Part shown: one piece after another, positions 13,585 to 26,509 of the stretch
Numbering within the stretch: the stretch's first letter is position 1
How the letters are laid out: each line of letters starts with the position of its first letter
Notes under the pieces: generated by a model
Databases searched by the model: none
Told to the model about the DNA's origin: nothing
Seen by the model: only the letters and a program-made list of their open reading frames with translations
Origin: Macrostomum lignano
Taxonomy: Eukaryota
Reading direction: 5' to 3'
Assembly (NCBI GenBank): GCA_002269645.1
Contig: NIVC01000669.1
Coordinates: 62,001 to 126,000 of the forward strand
Length of the DNA stretch: 64,000 nucleotides
Made by a program: the position numbers and the translations under genes

Positions 13585-15165
13585 AGTTGCGGCTCAAGAA
13601 ATATTTTTTACATAAACCAGGTCATTGACGGATAAAATAATTTATGAATCAATTAATTTTTTGCTACATAAAAAAACTTCAAATAAGAACCATCAAATAT
13701 CTGTTCACAAATAGACAATCATAGTATACAAAAAATCTGAGAGTTATATTCTAGCAGTTATAACAGGTAGTTATGAAAACTGCAGAATGTAAAAAAGGAA
13801 TCATAAAAAATTCCGAGAAAATCAAATTTCCTGGTATTGCTAGCATAGAACGCAGGGGTAGGGTAAAGTACATGTACTTGTACAGGTACTATTTACTTAA
13901 CCAGTTATAGAGCAAAACAATTGACAAAGGTATTAAAAAGATATATAAAAAGATAATTTCACCATGTCCAAGTTTTATAATTATACCAAAAGGTATCCCA
14001 AACTTTTTGGATGTAACACTCGCAAAACTATTAAGAATTTGTTTGAAGGCCTAATTTTGCTAAAAATATTAATTTTCACTTCTTTCAGAAATACATTGTA
14101 CTTTTTTATTAACATTGGGTCATCTGTATAGTTTGGTATATTTTACAAAAATTAATTTAATTTTAAGTTAATTTTACGTACCTAATTAGCTATTACGTAA
14201 CAGAGAGGTACCGATTATTAAATAATAAACTAATTTGAAAGCTGAGTAGCAAGAGCAGTGTCGGTTGAAATAGCCAGACATGAGTATAAAACTTCCTATT
14301 GCATTTCAAGTATTAGTCGGGCAGATAGACAAGCAATTATAATTAACATTAATTGAGAACCATCTAAAACAGATTTTGGCACCTTAAAAAGAGGTTTAAA
14401 GAATGTTTAGGCAATACATCAAATCAATTTAAGATCCAATACGTTGGAAAACGACATTTTAAACATAGGTAAGCAAGATATTAAGATCTCGGTCTTTAAG
14501 ACTCCCCATTCGCTGCAGCAGCAGCCACCTGCCCCCGCTTAAAAAATTGAAGCCTACTCCTAGTTAAATTCCTAGTTTAACTGTGAATATTCAAGCTTAA
14601 ACTGAAGAATGAGAGAAAGATCGCGTCCTAGTTAAACTGATTGTTTGAATCAATAGCACTTTAACAAAGCCATGTTTCAATAGTTCATTCCTACTACTTC
14701 TAGGGCGACATGCCCTTGATTTTTATAACCAAAACAATTAATAATCTTACTAAATCTTGTAAAATTGCTAAATCTGAAATTGCCTATTTGAATCACTACT
14801 ACTAAAAAATCTTTACGCGCTACTAACCGCAGTAGAAAAATATGGGCAAAACTCCTAAATTTCTGCGACGCTGAATTATTAGCGACTTATTTAATTAAAC
14901 AATTTTCCGTCTTCCTAGCATGGATGAAGGAATAGAATTCTTCCCTCTGATCTTCCAACTTATCTTTAGTGGAATTATCTACTTGATTGGCTTTATTGTC
15001 TATGGCCGAGTGCAGCTTTGCGACTGCTGCTACAGCAAATGGGAGTTCTCCATTTGTGATTTTCTAATTCTATCAACTTCATTGACGAAAGCTATGATGG
15101 CTCAAATTCCTAGTTGGTTTCATGAATTCGCAATCAGCCCTCAATAAATTTTACGAAAGCAATTC

Positions 15166-16723
15166 TCACAGACCGAGCTGGCGCATCAGATGGCTCACCA
15201 GGCTGCACAAACCGGACGTCAGCAGCTGTTGTTTAGCCGGATTATCAACGCAGTCTGGCACGTGAACGAATACGCAGCGTTTGGCATCGCGGCGCAAGCT
15301 GACGCAGTAAATAAACTCGCACAGGTATAAGCCGGCATCGTCTGACATGACCAGCTCCACCTTGAAATATATGCAATACGTGGGCTTCGATTGGAATGCA
15401 AATACACCAGTAGTAGATACCCATAATTTTGAACAAAGTTGAATTCAATTCAATTTAAATTCGCGTACTTTTCAATTCAAACAAAGTTGTAGACAATTCC
15501 AACAAAAATCGTCGTGAGTGTGCATTAAGCTAGAAAGACAGAGGGAACCGCAGGGACATCAGAGCGGTGACCATGGCTTTCTCGGATCATCGATGTTTTG
15601 CCAGGCATCGCTACCTCCAGGGAAAAATCCGTAGCGAGAAATGCCCATTCTGCCTCTCCGTTGTTGAAACTGCGGAACACTTTATCTGTGAATGCCCGGC
15701 CCGTCTTTACTCAGGACAGGCTCACCTACCTCGGCTTAAACCTGGACCTCTCTGACGTTTTCGGGTTCGAGAATCTCTGCCCGAGGGCTACCGGCTGCTC
15801 GTCCGCTACCTAAGGGCTACCGGGCGAGCGACCATCCACCTCCTGGACTCTCCAGGATCTCCCTGCAGCTGAGTCAAATAAGTCAAGAGCGTTGTTGATG
15901 CTAGAATGGCATCGAAAAAATCCAAGTAGAGGCTGGTAAAGAGGATGATGTGGAGGGAGAGCTTGCATGGAGGGATACCTCTCCATCATTGACAACGTCA
16001 GTTCGCACAATGATGCCCAAGGATTTTCATGTCGAAAATTAAACTCAAGAGGTAACCATGCACTCATCAGCGTGAAGACCAGACAAATCTTCATTGGGGG
16101 TGAAAATAGTGTATTAGGTAATAAGGTTAAACAGTCGGGCGCTGTGCAGTAAAATATAGGAGTTGCCAAAAGTGTTATTTTTTATAAACATACCCTAATG
16201 TTAGCTTAAACGTTGATTTTTTTTACCATAAACGCTTAACAAATTAGACTTCTATAACTACATATTTATGTACCAGTATCTACAAAACAGGCTGCCTCAC
16301 CTCTCCGCCTGGAAACTCGCGCCGCACGGCCTCCGCTGCCCGGTCAAGGTCGAGCGCGCACTGGTAGGCGGCGTCAGGTTCGGCGTCTTTGTGACAGATC
16401 TCCTGGCCCATGGCCTCGTGGCAAGTCTTATTGCAATAGTCGCGCTTGCAATAGGGCGCATTCCTAGCTCGGCGTTCGATTCTTAACGCTCGACCGTTGC
16501 CATAGTAACCCATATGCAGCACCAGATCGGGCTGCTCAGTTGACCACAGAGCCGGCACTTTGTCCGCCACGGCCGAGTATTCAACTGGGATCTCCACTGC
16601 GCACACTACCAGATCCGGCCGCGTCTGCGCCAGACGATCGCGCACGGACTGCGCCAATAACCAGCTGGAGTTCACCGAGCAGGCGCTGAATGGGCCGAAG
16701 CCGGTCACTAGCAGTTTGGGCAT
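15166..16723 (-). CDS. PGPEP1: Pyroglutamyl-peptidase I (peptidase C15), 205 aa, 2 exons
   Basis: Exons 16723-16301 and 15360-15166 (GAG|gtgagg ... ttcaag|GTG, phase 0). Motifs LLVTGFGPF, IERRARN (catalytic Glu), DAGLYLCEF (Cys) and FVHVP (His). Confidence 0.93.
15560..15835 (+). mobile_element. 3' fragment of a non-LTR retrotransposon (C-terminal CCHC region) in the PGPEP1 intron
   Basis: CPFCLSVVETAEHFICECP motif followed by LVRYLRATGR, typical of LINE ORF2 C-termini. Confidence 0.6.
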
Positions 16724-16822
16724 CGTCTCTGGCAGGACAGGGCCGCTGAACACAACCGTCGGTAGCTATGGGTCTTGCTAGACTGCTGATTGACTTTTGG
16801 ACTGCAATGTCGAAGGAAGAGA

Positions 16823-17027
16823 GGGCTGGCGGGATCAGTAAACTCATGCACTGTGTGGGACTGTTGGGGCTGGCGGGATCAGCAAACTCATGCACTGTGT
16901 GGGACTGTTGGGCTGGCAGGATCAGCAAACTCATGCACTGTGTGGGACTGTTGGGGCTGGCGGGATCAGCAAACTCATGCACTGTGTGGGACTGTTGGGG
17001 CTGGCGGGATCAGCAAACTCATGCACT
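16823..17027. repeat. Minisatellite, 44 bp unit, ~4.5 copies
   Basis: ATCAGCAAACTCATGCACTGTG recurs at 44-bp spacing, just upstream of PGPEP1. Confidence 0.9.
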
Positions 17028-17409
17028 CACTTAGGCATCAAAAAAGAAAAAGCAGACGAGGAGTTTGCATCACTATTGCTAGATTCAAGAAAAAAACAAG
17101 GGCCCATCGATAGAATGTGTAGTTATGGCGTCGAGTGGGGGAATTGGACTCAAACATTTCGAACATATTAGACATGATCAGATACCGAATAAATGCACAC
17201 TCTAAACAAGTATAGCAACTCCGACGCTGGCAACCTCACTTTGATCGAACTGTGAAAAACAAACCTTCATACGCAATGAAGAGCACTCTGATCTTATTGT
17301 TTAGTAATTGGGTAGAATAGTGTGTAAAAAAACAGACAAACAGCTGATAAAGTGTCAAAATGAAACAACGGTTTGAAGAGTTAAACAGTTGAACGGGCAA
17401 TGTCTTCTA

Positions 17410-19613
17410 TCACTGAGTTGGCTTCTTAGCTCCCAGCTCAGCCGATCGATTCGCGGCGGCATTAACCGCCTGCCACAGAGCCGTCCTGAAGCCGCGAGCC
17501 TCCAGCTCCGATAGGCCGGTGATTGTCGTGCCGCCCGGACTGGTGATGGCGTCACGAAGCTCGGCCGGATGGCGTCCGGACTCCAGCACGAGACGGCCGG
17601 TGCCGTACACAGTCTGGGTGGCCAGGCGCATCGCCAGCGGACTGAAGTCAAAAAGTTTAAAAAAGTTCAAATGAAGAACAGCCATCTTACTATAGTTAAC
17701 TTGCGACTGAAAGGTTGGGGGTTCGATTCTTGACCCACGTCGAAACAATTTGTGACCTTAAGCAAGACACTTCACTCTGCATTGCTTCAGTTCACCCAGC
17801 TGTAAAATGGGTGCCAGCATTAACTGGGGTAACTGAGGGTGTGTGGCGACCTCCCAGTCCTTGGACTGAACAGCCGTACGCAGCCTTCAGATGCGCCGCG
17901 CAATAGCTGCGGCTGAGCTGTCGGTTGCACATCTGCCTATTAGGGCAGCTTTAATCAATTATTTTTATTTTTATTTTTAGGCGATCAGGGATAAGAAATG
18001 CTTTTAGTATGGGTGACTAAAGCCAGCGTACGTAAAGGGATGGCCTGTTCTTTTATTATAGCCATTCTTTTTTAAATTAAGATCTCTCTATTCTGAATCT
18101 ATTTAGCTGGAGGCAGTTAAAAGTGCTGCATGTACTTCCTGACACCATTTTTCGGCGACATGCTCTCGAGCTAAGCCCACGTTCCGACCTGCAACTTACC
18201 GCGGCAGGCCTTGATGAACGCCAGCGTTCGTCATGGCGTCGATTGCTTCAAGGATGAACGCTGGACCGGACCCGCTCAGACCTGTGGCAGCGTCCATCAG
18301 GTTCTCAGGCAGGTAGTCGCAGGTGCCAACAGACTTAAACAGCGCCTCAATCAGCGGCCCGTCCTCCGGCTTCGCTGCCTTACCAACGCAATAAACGGAG
18401 GCGCCAGCGTTAGCCAGAATCGGCGTGTTCGGCATCAGCCGGATCACCCGGCTGTCTGGCAGCAGACGGCTCTGCAGGTGGTCCAGGGTGACGCCTGCGG
18501 CCACGGACACCACCAGCTTGGAGGGGTCGGTCAGGTCTGACAGCTCAGCCAGCACCGAGTCCATCACCTGCGGCTTCACCGACAGCACCAGGATGTCGCT
18601 GTGCTCCGCGACCTCGCGGTTGCTTTGTGACACGTTGATGCCGAGCTCCTGTACGCGCAGTGAGCAAATGCGATTTAACCATTCAAATACTGAGAAGCCA
18701 GGAGAAATCACTTACAGCGGAAACTTTATTCAAAGTTGCTTCGTTCGCGCACTGGCCCAGATGTTTTGCGCCTTAACAATGCCTGAAATATAAATATAAT
18801 GATAAATTTATTGATTTCACTTGCATATTAAGGTCTAGGTCTATGGTTGGACTGCTTTGGAGAAATGCACTGAAAACGTCCAGAAGTGATTGTGTAAACA
18901 ATGAGCTGTCGCGGTACACCTTTTCCGACTCTATTTCAACAAAACTGATGTGCAATTTAGACATCTCAATATGCAATTTCGTTTGAAGTCTCTTTTCCTT
19001 TCCTAAATTATTATCTATTGAACAGGCCAAAACAAGATAGTCTGGAAAAAAAGTGAAGAGCAGAGGCTGAAGTTTGTCTAAACTTGTGTGCCAAGCTGAA
19101 TACTAGTGACTTCTTGAGATTTTCACACGTTTAAGTTGCTTCTTATGTTGCGCAATCGAAGTACAGATTGAAAAGTGTTGCCCAAATGATCTCAGTCTAT
19201 ATAATTTGAACTGGAGTTTGTCTCAGTTGTTTACCTTTAGCCATAGACAATCCTGAGTAGGACTAGGGTGGGACTGTCTAAATTTTAGTGCTGGTGCGGT
19301 GTCTGAATTCAATGATGTTGGCTTGTCTACAGGTGAATACAAGTAGAGACTTTGCATATCGGTTCTGCTGAAATAGACTGGTAATAGGTTTAAGACACTA
19401 TTCAAGACGCAACGAAGCAACTGTGACTGAATTAATCATTGAGAATAAATTTATTGAGAATCCAAAGCGCCAGATCTTGATAGACTTATTACCATCATTA
19501 GTGAATCCTTTGACGATGGCCTGAGCCATGCGTCCAGCGCCAACAAATCCTACACGCACATTGCTGAGCTTCTCAGCGACTGACGGATCGATTTGATTGC
19601 TAATGGCGGCCAT
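17410..19613 (-). CDS. PYCR: Pyrroline-5-carboxylate reductase, copy A (~289 aa if repaired; 1-nt deletion in exon 2, so possible pseudogene or assembly error)
   Basis: Exons 19613-19493, 18782-18716 (67 nt versus 68 nt in the paralogues), 18648-18200 and 17641-17410. Motifs [25 protein letters not shown] and TSPGGTT. Confidence 0.85.
17702..17960 (+). mobile_element. tRNA-derived SINE, family 2 (CORE-like central domain), 5'-truncated, in PYCR-A intron 3
   Basis: B box GGTTCGATTC then TGTGACCTTAAGCAAGACACTTCAC...CTGTAAAATGGG, resembling the CORE domain; reverse-complement copy at 40565-40864. Confidence 0.75.
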
Positions 19614-19815
19614 GGTCAGCGCTTTAAACAGATATTACTGCAAGACGGATACAAACGATGAAAATTATGGAAACACTGGGTATTTATGAAAACGGTATTG
19701 TTTTGACTAAGAAAAAATAACTTTGATAACTAGTGCACATTAATGAAGGTTATAAGCGAAAGTTTATGTTTCGAGCAGTGAAAAGGCAAACGTCGGTGAA
19801 ACGTGTAAGAAGTTT

Positions 19816-20884
19816 ATGTGCAGTCTTGGGGTATTCAAGTGTCAGGACTAGTAAACTGATGTGCAGTCTTGGGGTATTCAAGTGTCAGGACTAGTAAACT
19901 GATGTGCAGTCTTGGGGTATTCAAGTGTCAGGACTAGTAAACTGATGTGCAGTCTTGGGGTATTCAAGTGTCAGGACTAGTAAACTGATGTGCAGTCTTG
20001 GGGTATTCAAGTGTCAGGACTAGTAAACTGATGTGCAGTCTTGGGGTATTCAAGTGTCAGGACTAGTAAACTGATGTGCAGTCTTGGGGTATTCAAGTGT
20101 CAGGACTAGTAAACTGATGTGCAGTCTTGGGGTATTGAAGTGTCAGGACTAGTAAACTGATGTGCAGTCTTGGGGTATTCAAGTGTCAGGACTAGTAAAC
20201 TGATGTGCAGTCTTGGGGTATTCAAGTGTCAGGACTAGTAAACTGATGTGCAGTCTTGGGGTATTCAAGTGTCAGGACTAGTAAACTGATGTGCAGTCTT
20301 GGGGTATTCAAGTGTCAGGACTAGTAAACTGATGTGCAGTCTTGGGGTATTCAAGTGTCAGGACTAGTAAACTGATGTGCAGTCTTGGGGTATGTAAGTG
20401 TCAGGACTAGTAAACTGATGTGCAGTCTTGGGGTATTCAAGTGTCAGGACTAGTAAACTGATGTGCAGTCTTGGGGTATTCAAGTGTCAGGACTAGTAAA
20501 CTGATGTGCAGTCTTGGGGTATTCAAGTGTCAGGACTAGTAAACTGATGTGCAGTCTTGGGGTATTCAAGTGTCAGGACTAGTAAACTGATGTGCAGTCT
20601 TGGGGTAGGCAAGTGTCAGGACTAGTAAACTGATGTGCAGTCTTGGGGTATGCAAGTGTCAGGACTAGTAAACTGATGTGCAGTCTTGGGGTATTCAAGT
20701 GTCAGGACTAGTAAACTGATGTGCAGTCTTGGGGTATTCAAGTGTCAGGACTAGTAAACTGATGTGCAGTCTTGGGGTATGTAAGTGTCAGGACTAGTAA
20801 ACTGATGTGCAGTCTTGGGGTATTCAAGTGTCAGGACTAGTAAACTGATGTGCAGTCTTGGGGTATTCAAGTGTCAGGACTAGT
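19816..20884. repeat. Minisatellite, 43 bp unit, ~25 highly homogeneous copies
   Basis: ATGTGCAGTCTTGGGGTATTCAAGTGTCAGGACTAGTAAACTG. Confidence 0.97.
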
Positions 20885-21428
20885 GCTAAAAATGCCTTAT
20901 GGATCTAAGACCAGACAATATTTGGAGTAGCAATTGCTTACAATAAATAAAGTAAGGACAGCCCAGACTTCGCTTTCGCCTTGTGTGGAGCGGTCAATTC
21001 TCAAAGAGCCAGTCAGTCAATGTGTATTTTCTGGCTACAAGAGATCTTGAAATATGTTAAAAATCAGTAAATAAATAAAAATGTAACAAATTTTGCATGG
21101 AAATTGCACTATAGTATAGACACAACAGAGCAGGCACCAGTAGAAAAAAATAAAATAAGATAAGAAAAAACCGATCCGCCAAAGTAAATGAGCGCTATTG
21201 GTCGCAAAGATTACCTGGTCACCAAAAAAAACGTGTGGAAGTCAAAGTATGAAAAACTCACAATAAGACTGCTGGCATATCTGCTAACAGACTTTGTACT
21301 TTGAAACCTGATCAGCACTGAATCAAAACACTGCGACTTTAAATGTTTCCAACCGAATAATTGCGATAATATGAAACATATTTGCTCATGTGTCAGTTAT
21401 GCCCCTGCTAAGCTTGCGTTTCACTGCA

Positions 21429-21820
21429 CCCTCCCTATAGCTGGTGCTGCGCTGCTATCCCCTCCCTAGCTGGTGCTGTGCTGCTGTCCCCTCCCTAGCT
21501 GGTGCTGCGCTGCTATCCCCTCCCTAGCTGGTGCTGTGCTGCTATCCCCTCCCTAGCTGTGCTGCGCTGCTGTCCCCTCCCTAGCTGTGCTGCGCTGCTG
21601 TCCCCTCCCTAGCTGTGCTGCGCTGCTATCCCCTCCCTAGCTGGTGCTGCGCTGCTATCCCCTCCCTAGCTGGTGCTGCGCTGCTATCCCCTCCCTAGCT
21701 GGTGCTGTGCTGCTATCCCCTCCCTAGCTGTGCTGCGCTGCTGTCCCCTCCCTAGCTGTGCTGCGCTGCTGTCCCCTCTTTAGCTGTGCTGCGCTGCTAT
21801 CCCCTCTTTAGCTAGTGCTG
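21429..21820. repeat. Minisatellite, 28-29 bp unit
   Basis: CCCCTCCCTAGCT(G)GTGCTGCGCTGCTAT. Confidence 0.95.
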
Positions 21821-22274
21821 TTAACCCTGTTTAACATAAGCAAACTGGTCGTTGGCACAATGACAAGACGGTTTAGAACGCCTCTACGATAGATGATGAA
21901 AAAAAACAAAAAATGTAAGTCATAGAAAGACTTATAAAAATATGAGAATCAAAAAGCTAAAAGCAGAAAAAGTCAACTGGTTCCTACGCGTGTGCATATT
22001 GGTGAATGGTGTGATTCATAAATCCCGCTAATACCGCTACTATAGGAATGATTACTGGTCCTATACACTGGTAACCAATTGTAAAGGGCCACGATCTTAA
22101 ATACAATACATAGCTGAGTAAAAACAAATAAAACAATCCACCCACAGTGAACATCACAAATTCCAAATGCATAGATCAATATCTCCCACAGTTTTGTCAG
22201 ATTGGCAGTTGAATTTATCATCAATATTTCTTAAATCAGACTCATTAAGCTTCAGATTCCCTAGAGCTACCAGC

Positions 22275-25035
22275 TCATTCCCCAAGATCTTCAGACCGCT
22301 TAGCCGATATCAACACCGCCTGCCACAGGGCGGCCCTGAAGCCGCGAGCCTCCAGCTCCGATAGGCCGGCAATGGTGGTGCCGCCCGGACTGGTGATGGC
22401 GTCACGCAGTTCGGCCGGATGGCGTCCAGACTCCAGCACGAGACGGCTGGTGCCGTACACAGTCTGAGCGGCCAGGCGCAGAGCTAGCGGACTGCAATTG
22501 GCGCACGCCCGTGGGCTGTATACAGAAGCTTGTACAGCGCTGCTGATTCGACAAATATGTTTAGAAAATTTCACCCCAAGTGGGGTTTGGCTCATACTTT
22601 CCAGATAGCCCTTTATGGCTAACAGCTTCTGGGGCTCATGTTCTCCAGATAGCCCTATATGGCTAACAGCTTCTGGTCTGGGGCTCATGTTCTCCAGATA
22701 GCCCTTTATGGCTAACAGCTTCTGGGGCTCATGTTCTCCAGATAGCCCTTTATGGCTATCAGCTTCTGGGGCTCATGTTCTCCAGATAGCCCTTTATGGC
22801 TAACAGCTTCTGGGGCTCATGCTTTCCAGATAGCCCTTTATGGCTAACAGCTTCTGGAGCTCATGCTTTCCAGATAGCCCTTTATGGCTATCAGCTTCTG
22901 GGGCTCATGCTTTCCAGATAGCCCTTTATGGCTATCAGCTTCTGGGGCTCATGTTCTCCAGATAGCCCTTTATGGCTAACAGCTTCTGGAGTTCATGCTT
23001 TCCAGATAGCCCTTTTGGCTAACAGCTTCTGGAGTTCATGCTTTCCAGATAGCCCTTTTGGCTAACAGCTTCTGGAGTTCATGCTTTCCAGATAGCCCTT
23101 TTGGCTAACAGCTTCTGGAGTTTATGCTTTCCAGATAGCCCTTTTGGCTAACAGCTTCTGGAGTTCATGCTTTCCAGATAGCCCTTTATGGCTAACAGCT
23201 TCTGGAGTTCATGCTTTCCAGATAGCCCTATATGGCTAACAGCTTCTGGAGTTCATGCTTTCCAGATAGCCCTTTATGGCTAACAGCTTCTGGAGTTCAT
23301 GCTTTCCAGATAGCCCTTTATGGCTAACAGCTTCTGGAGTTCATGCTTTCCAGATAGCCCTTTATGGCTAACAGCTTCTGGAGTTCATGCTTTCCAGATA
23401 GCCCTTTATGGCTAACAGCTTCTGGGGCTCATGCTTTCCAGATAGCCCTTTATGGCTAACAGCTTCTGGAGTTCATGCTTTCCAGATAGCCCTTTATGGC
23501 TAACAGCTTCTGGGGCTCATGCTTTCCAGATAGCCCTTTATGGCTAACAGCTTCTGGAGCTCATGCTTTCCAGATAGCCCTTTATGGCTAACAGCTTCTG
23601 GGGCTCATGCTTTCCAGATAGCCAAATTCCAAATTCCGAGGCATGAGGCCTTCCAGATGGTCAATTTACGAGCTACCATAATCCTGCACAGGTAAAGTCA
23701 TATGGCAAGCAGGAAGCTCCAAGCCGAAGACACAGTCTGCTCCGTGGAAGCTGAGCATTTCCAGTGACAGTTAGTGGAACACTCGTTACACCCTCCGGAG
23801 CATCAGAGCGTCTCTAGAGAGACCATCTTAGAAAAGTCAATTTTCTTTCACGTCACATATTCTCAAATTGGTTGCTCCATAGACCCTCCTTTCGGGCCAT
23901 AGACAATAAAAAGCAAGTCTTCAATAGCGGGGGGGCGTAGCTCAGCGGTAGCGCAGCTGCTCTGGTGTGCCAGCGACCCAGGCTCGATTCCAAGTGCAGT
24001 CACATTAATTTGGGGCTCAATTGGAATCTCGGCTTGGCTCTGCTCGTGCAATTAACGGCCTTGAGAGCCAACCCCCCAAGGCGCATTGAAGTGTACATGC
24101 CTAACGATAATATAAAGTTAGGGCCGCTTTACACTCCTGTGTGAGTGTGTGCCTGCGTACGTATCCGCGCGCTTGTGTGCCTGCTCAGGGGAGTCGGCGG
24201 AATGGGCAGTAATGCCTCTCGCCGGTTGTGTGCCTATGTCGCTTAAAGTGCGCCAGGGTGCACACAACCTCCCTGCCTCTAAAAAGTCTTCAATAGCTTG
24301 ATTTTTTCCCACTAAGGATTAAATTGCTTGCTGCTAGGCTCAATTGGCTTGTAAAATGGTATAGGAGCGTATTAGTTCTTCTCTCACTGCTTTGATGTCT
24401 ATGGCCCAGCTCGCGTGATTTCCAGTCACTAGAGTTCCAGTTAGCGATTTCAGTTGGATCCCTTTCTCCCCAACAACTACGAGTATGCCATTGGAATCTG
24501 GGTACTTACTGAGGCAGGCCCAGATTAACGCCAGCGTTCGTCATGGCGTCGATTGCTTCAAGGATGAACGCTGGACCGGACCCGCTCAGACCTGTGGCAG
24601 CGTCCATCAGGTTCTCAGGCAGATAGTCGCAGGTGCCAACAGACTTAAACAGGGCCTCAATCAGCGGCCCGTCCTCCGGCTTCGCTGCCCGACCAACGCA
24701 ATAAACGGAGGCGCCAGCGTTAACCAGAATCGGCGTGTTCGGCATCAGCCGGATCACCCGGCTGTCTGGCAGCAGACGGCTCTGCAGGTGGTCCAGGGTG
24801 ACGCCTGCGGCCACGGACACCACCAGCTTGAAGGGGTCGACCAGGTCTGACATCTCAGCCAGCACCGAGTCCATCACCTGCGGCTTCACCGACAGCACCA
24901 GGATGTCGCTGTGCTCCACGACCTCGCGGTTGCTTTGTGACATGTTGATGCCGAGCTCCTACAGGCGACGCAATGTGCAGTATTTTGAAATGATTTTTAT
25001 GTACGCATCCAAGCAGACCTTTACCTAGCCATCTT

Positions 25036-25067
<32 letters not shown>

Positions 25068-25108
25068 CCTATCTATCTACCTATCTATCCATCTATCTAT
25101 CTATCTAC

Positions 25109-25164
<56 letters not shown>

Positions 25165-26079
25165 ATTGTGTGCGTGCTTTCAGCTTGATTGGCTGCGGCA
25201 AGCAAGCTCGAAAGAGCTCGCTTCGCTCGCTCTTTCTCGCTATCTACCATCTATTGCCAGGACCTGCACCGGAGCGGTTACGAAAATTAGATTTCTCGGT
25301 AGTTGCACGTACTCTTTTGCACTACTTGAGTAGTCTGATTTTCGTTCGGCATGGCTGGTTCCAGCAGGTAGTTCCTCTGGATAAAAGCGCTTACCGCGCC
25401 CATTGGCTTTCCAGCTGCCTTAATCGTTTCCGGTGATCTTGTGTGCGTGCTTTCAGCTTGATTGGCTGCGGCAAGCAAGCTCGAAAGAGCTCGCTTCGCT
25501 CGCTCTTTCTCGCTATCTACTATATATCTATCTATCTATCTATCTATCTATCTACTTATCTATCTATCTTATCTATCTACTTATCTCTCTATCTATCTAT
25601 CTATCTTATCTATCTATCGATCTATATATCTCTCTATCTATCTACCTATCTATCTATCTATCGATCTATCTTATCTATCTATCTATCGATCTATATATCT
25701 CTCTATCTATCTACCTATCTATCTATCTATCGATCTATATATCTATCTATCTATCTATCTATCTTATCTATCTATCTATCGATCTATATATCTCTCTATC
25801 TATTTATCTCTGTATCTATCCATCTGAACAAGAAAAAGAATCAATTCCTCACCGTTGAGACTTTCGTTAGAGTTTTCTTCGTAATCGCGCTAGCCCAAAT
25901 ATCCGTTGCCTTGACGACGCCTCGAAATAGAAGTGAGAGTTAATTATCATTATTAATGCTGAGTTGAGATGATGATGAGATTATAGATTACACTAATAAA
26001 TGAAGCTTTTACCTTTACTAGTAAAGCCTTTAGCAATAGCCTGGGCCATGCGGCCCGCGCCAATGAACCCAACTCGCAT
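22275..26079 (-). CDS. PYCR: Pyrroline-5-carboxylate reductase, copy B, 266 aa, intact
   Basis: Exons 26079-26013, 25920-25853, 24958-24510 and 22491-22275 with GT-AG sites and consistent phases (1,0,2). [12 protein letters not shown] ... GLSGSGPAF ... TSPGGTT. Confidence 0.9.
22595..23625. repeat. Intronic minisatellite, 44 bp unit (PYCR-B intron 3)
   Basis: TTCCAGATAGCCCTTTATGGCTAACAGCTTCTGGAGTTCATGCT. Confidence 0.95.
23929..24283 (+). mobile_element. tRNA-derived SINE, family 1, copy 2 (PYCR-B intron 3)
   Basis: Near-identical to 13224-13584; TSD AAGTCTTCAATAGC at 23915-23928 / 24284-24297. Confidence 0.9.
25030..25825. repeat. (TATC)n microsatellite blocks with an ~80-bp direct duplication (25167-25246 / 25441-25519)
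   Basis: Direct inspection; lies in PYCR-B intron 2. Confidence 0.9.
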
Positions 26080-26509
26080 AGCGTGGCTGGCAGCTGAGTC
26101 AGCAAACAGTTGCTCAATAGGAAATGTCAGGCTTGCTACTTAATTGCTACTAATTATTTAATTGCTATCATCGGTCACGCGCCAACCACATGCGCGGCGC
26201 TGGAATATTAATTATTATTAAAGAGAACTTTGATCTGTGCAATACGAATTCGCGGTGCAATAAAAACACTTTGAACTGTGCTCCATATCTGTTTATTCTG
26301 TTAGACAACTTAAGAGATACAAGTGAAAAATAATAATAGCAAACTGGTTATAGTGGTGATCATGAACCAATAAATAGTCTAAATTAAATTAGAGCTTCAT
26401 ATATTATAGATACTACTCAATAAACAATTTTTTTGGTAATAACTGCGTTTACAGCAGTACAGGCTATGAAGAGGCACACTGTCACCAACTGAAGCGTTGG
26501 GAAGTAGCG

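Noticed and set aside
18211-18540. Plus-strand ORFs conserved in all three PYCR copies (also 24485-24850 and 41023-41349)
   Set aside because: Antisense shadows of GC-rich PYCR exon 3; conservation is explained by the sense gene.
19816-20884. Regular 43-bp array (and others of 28-44 bp) resembling CRISPR periodicity
   Set aside because: Units are head-to-tail with no unique spacers; eukaryotic context; no cas genes.
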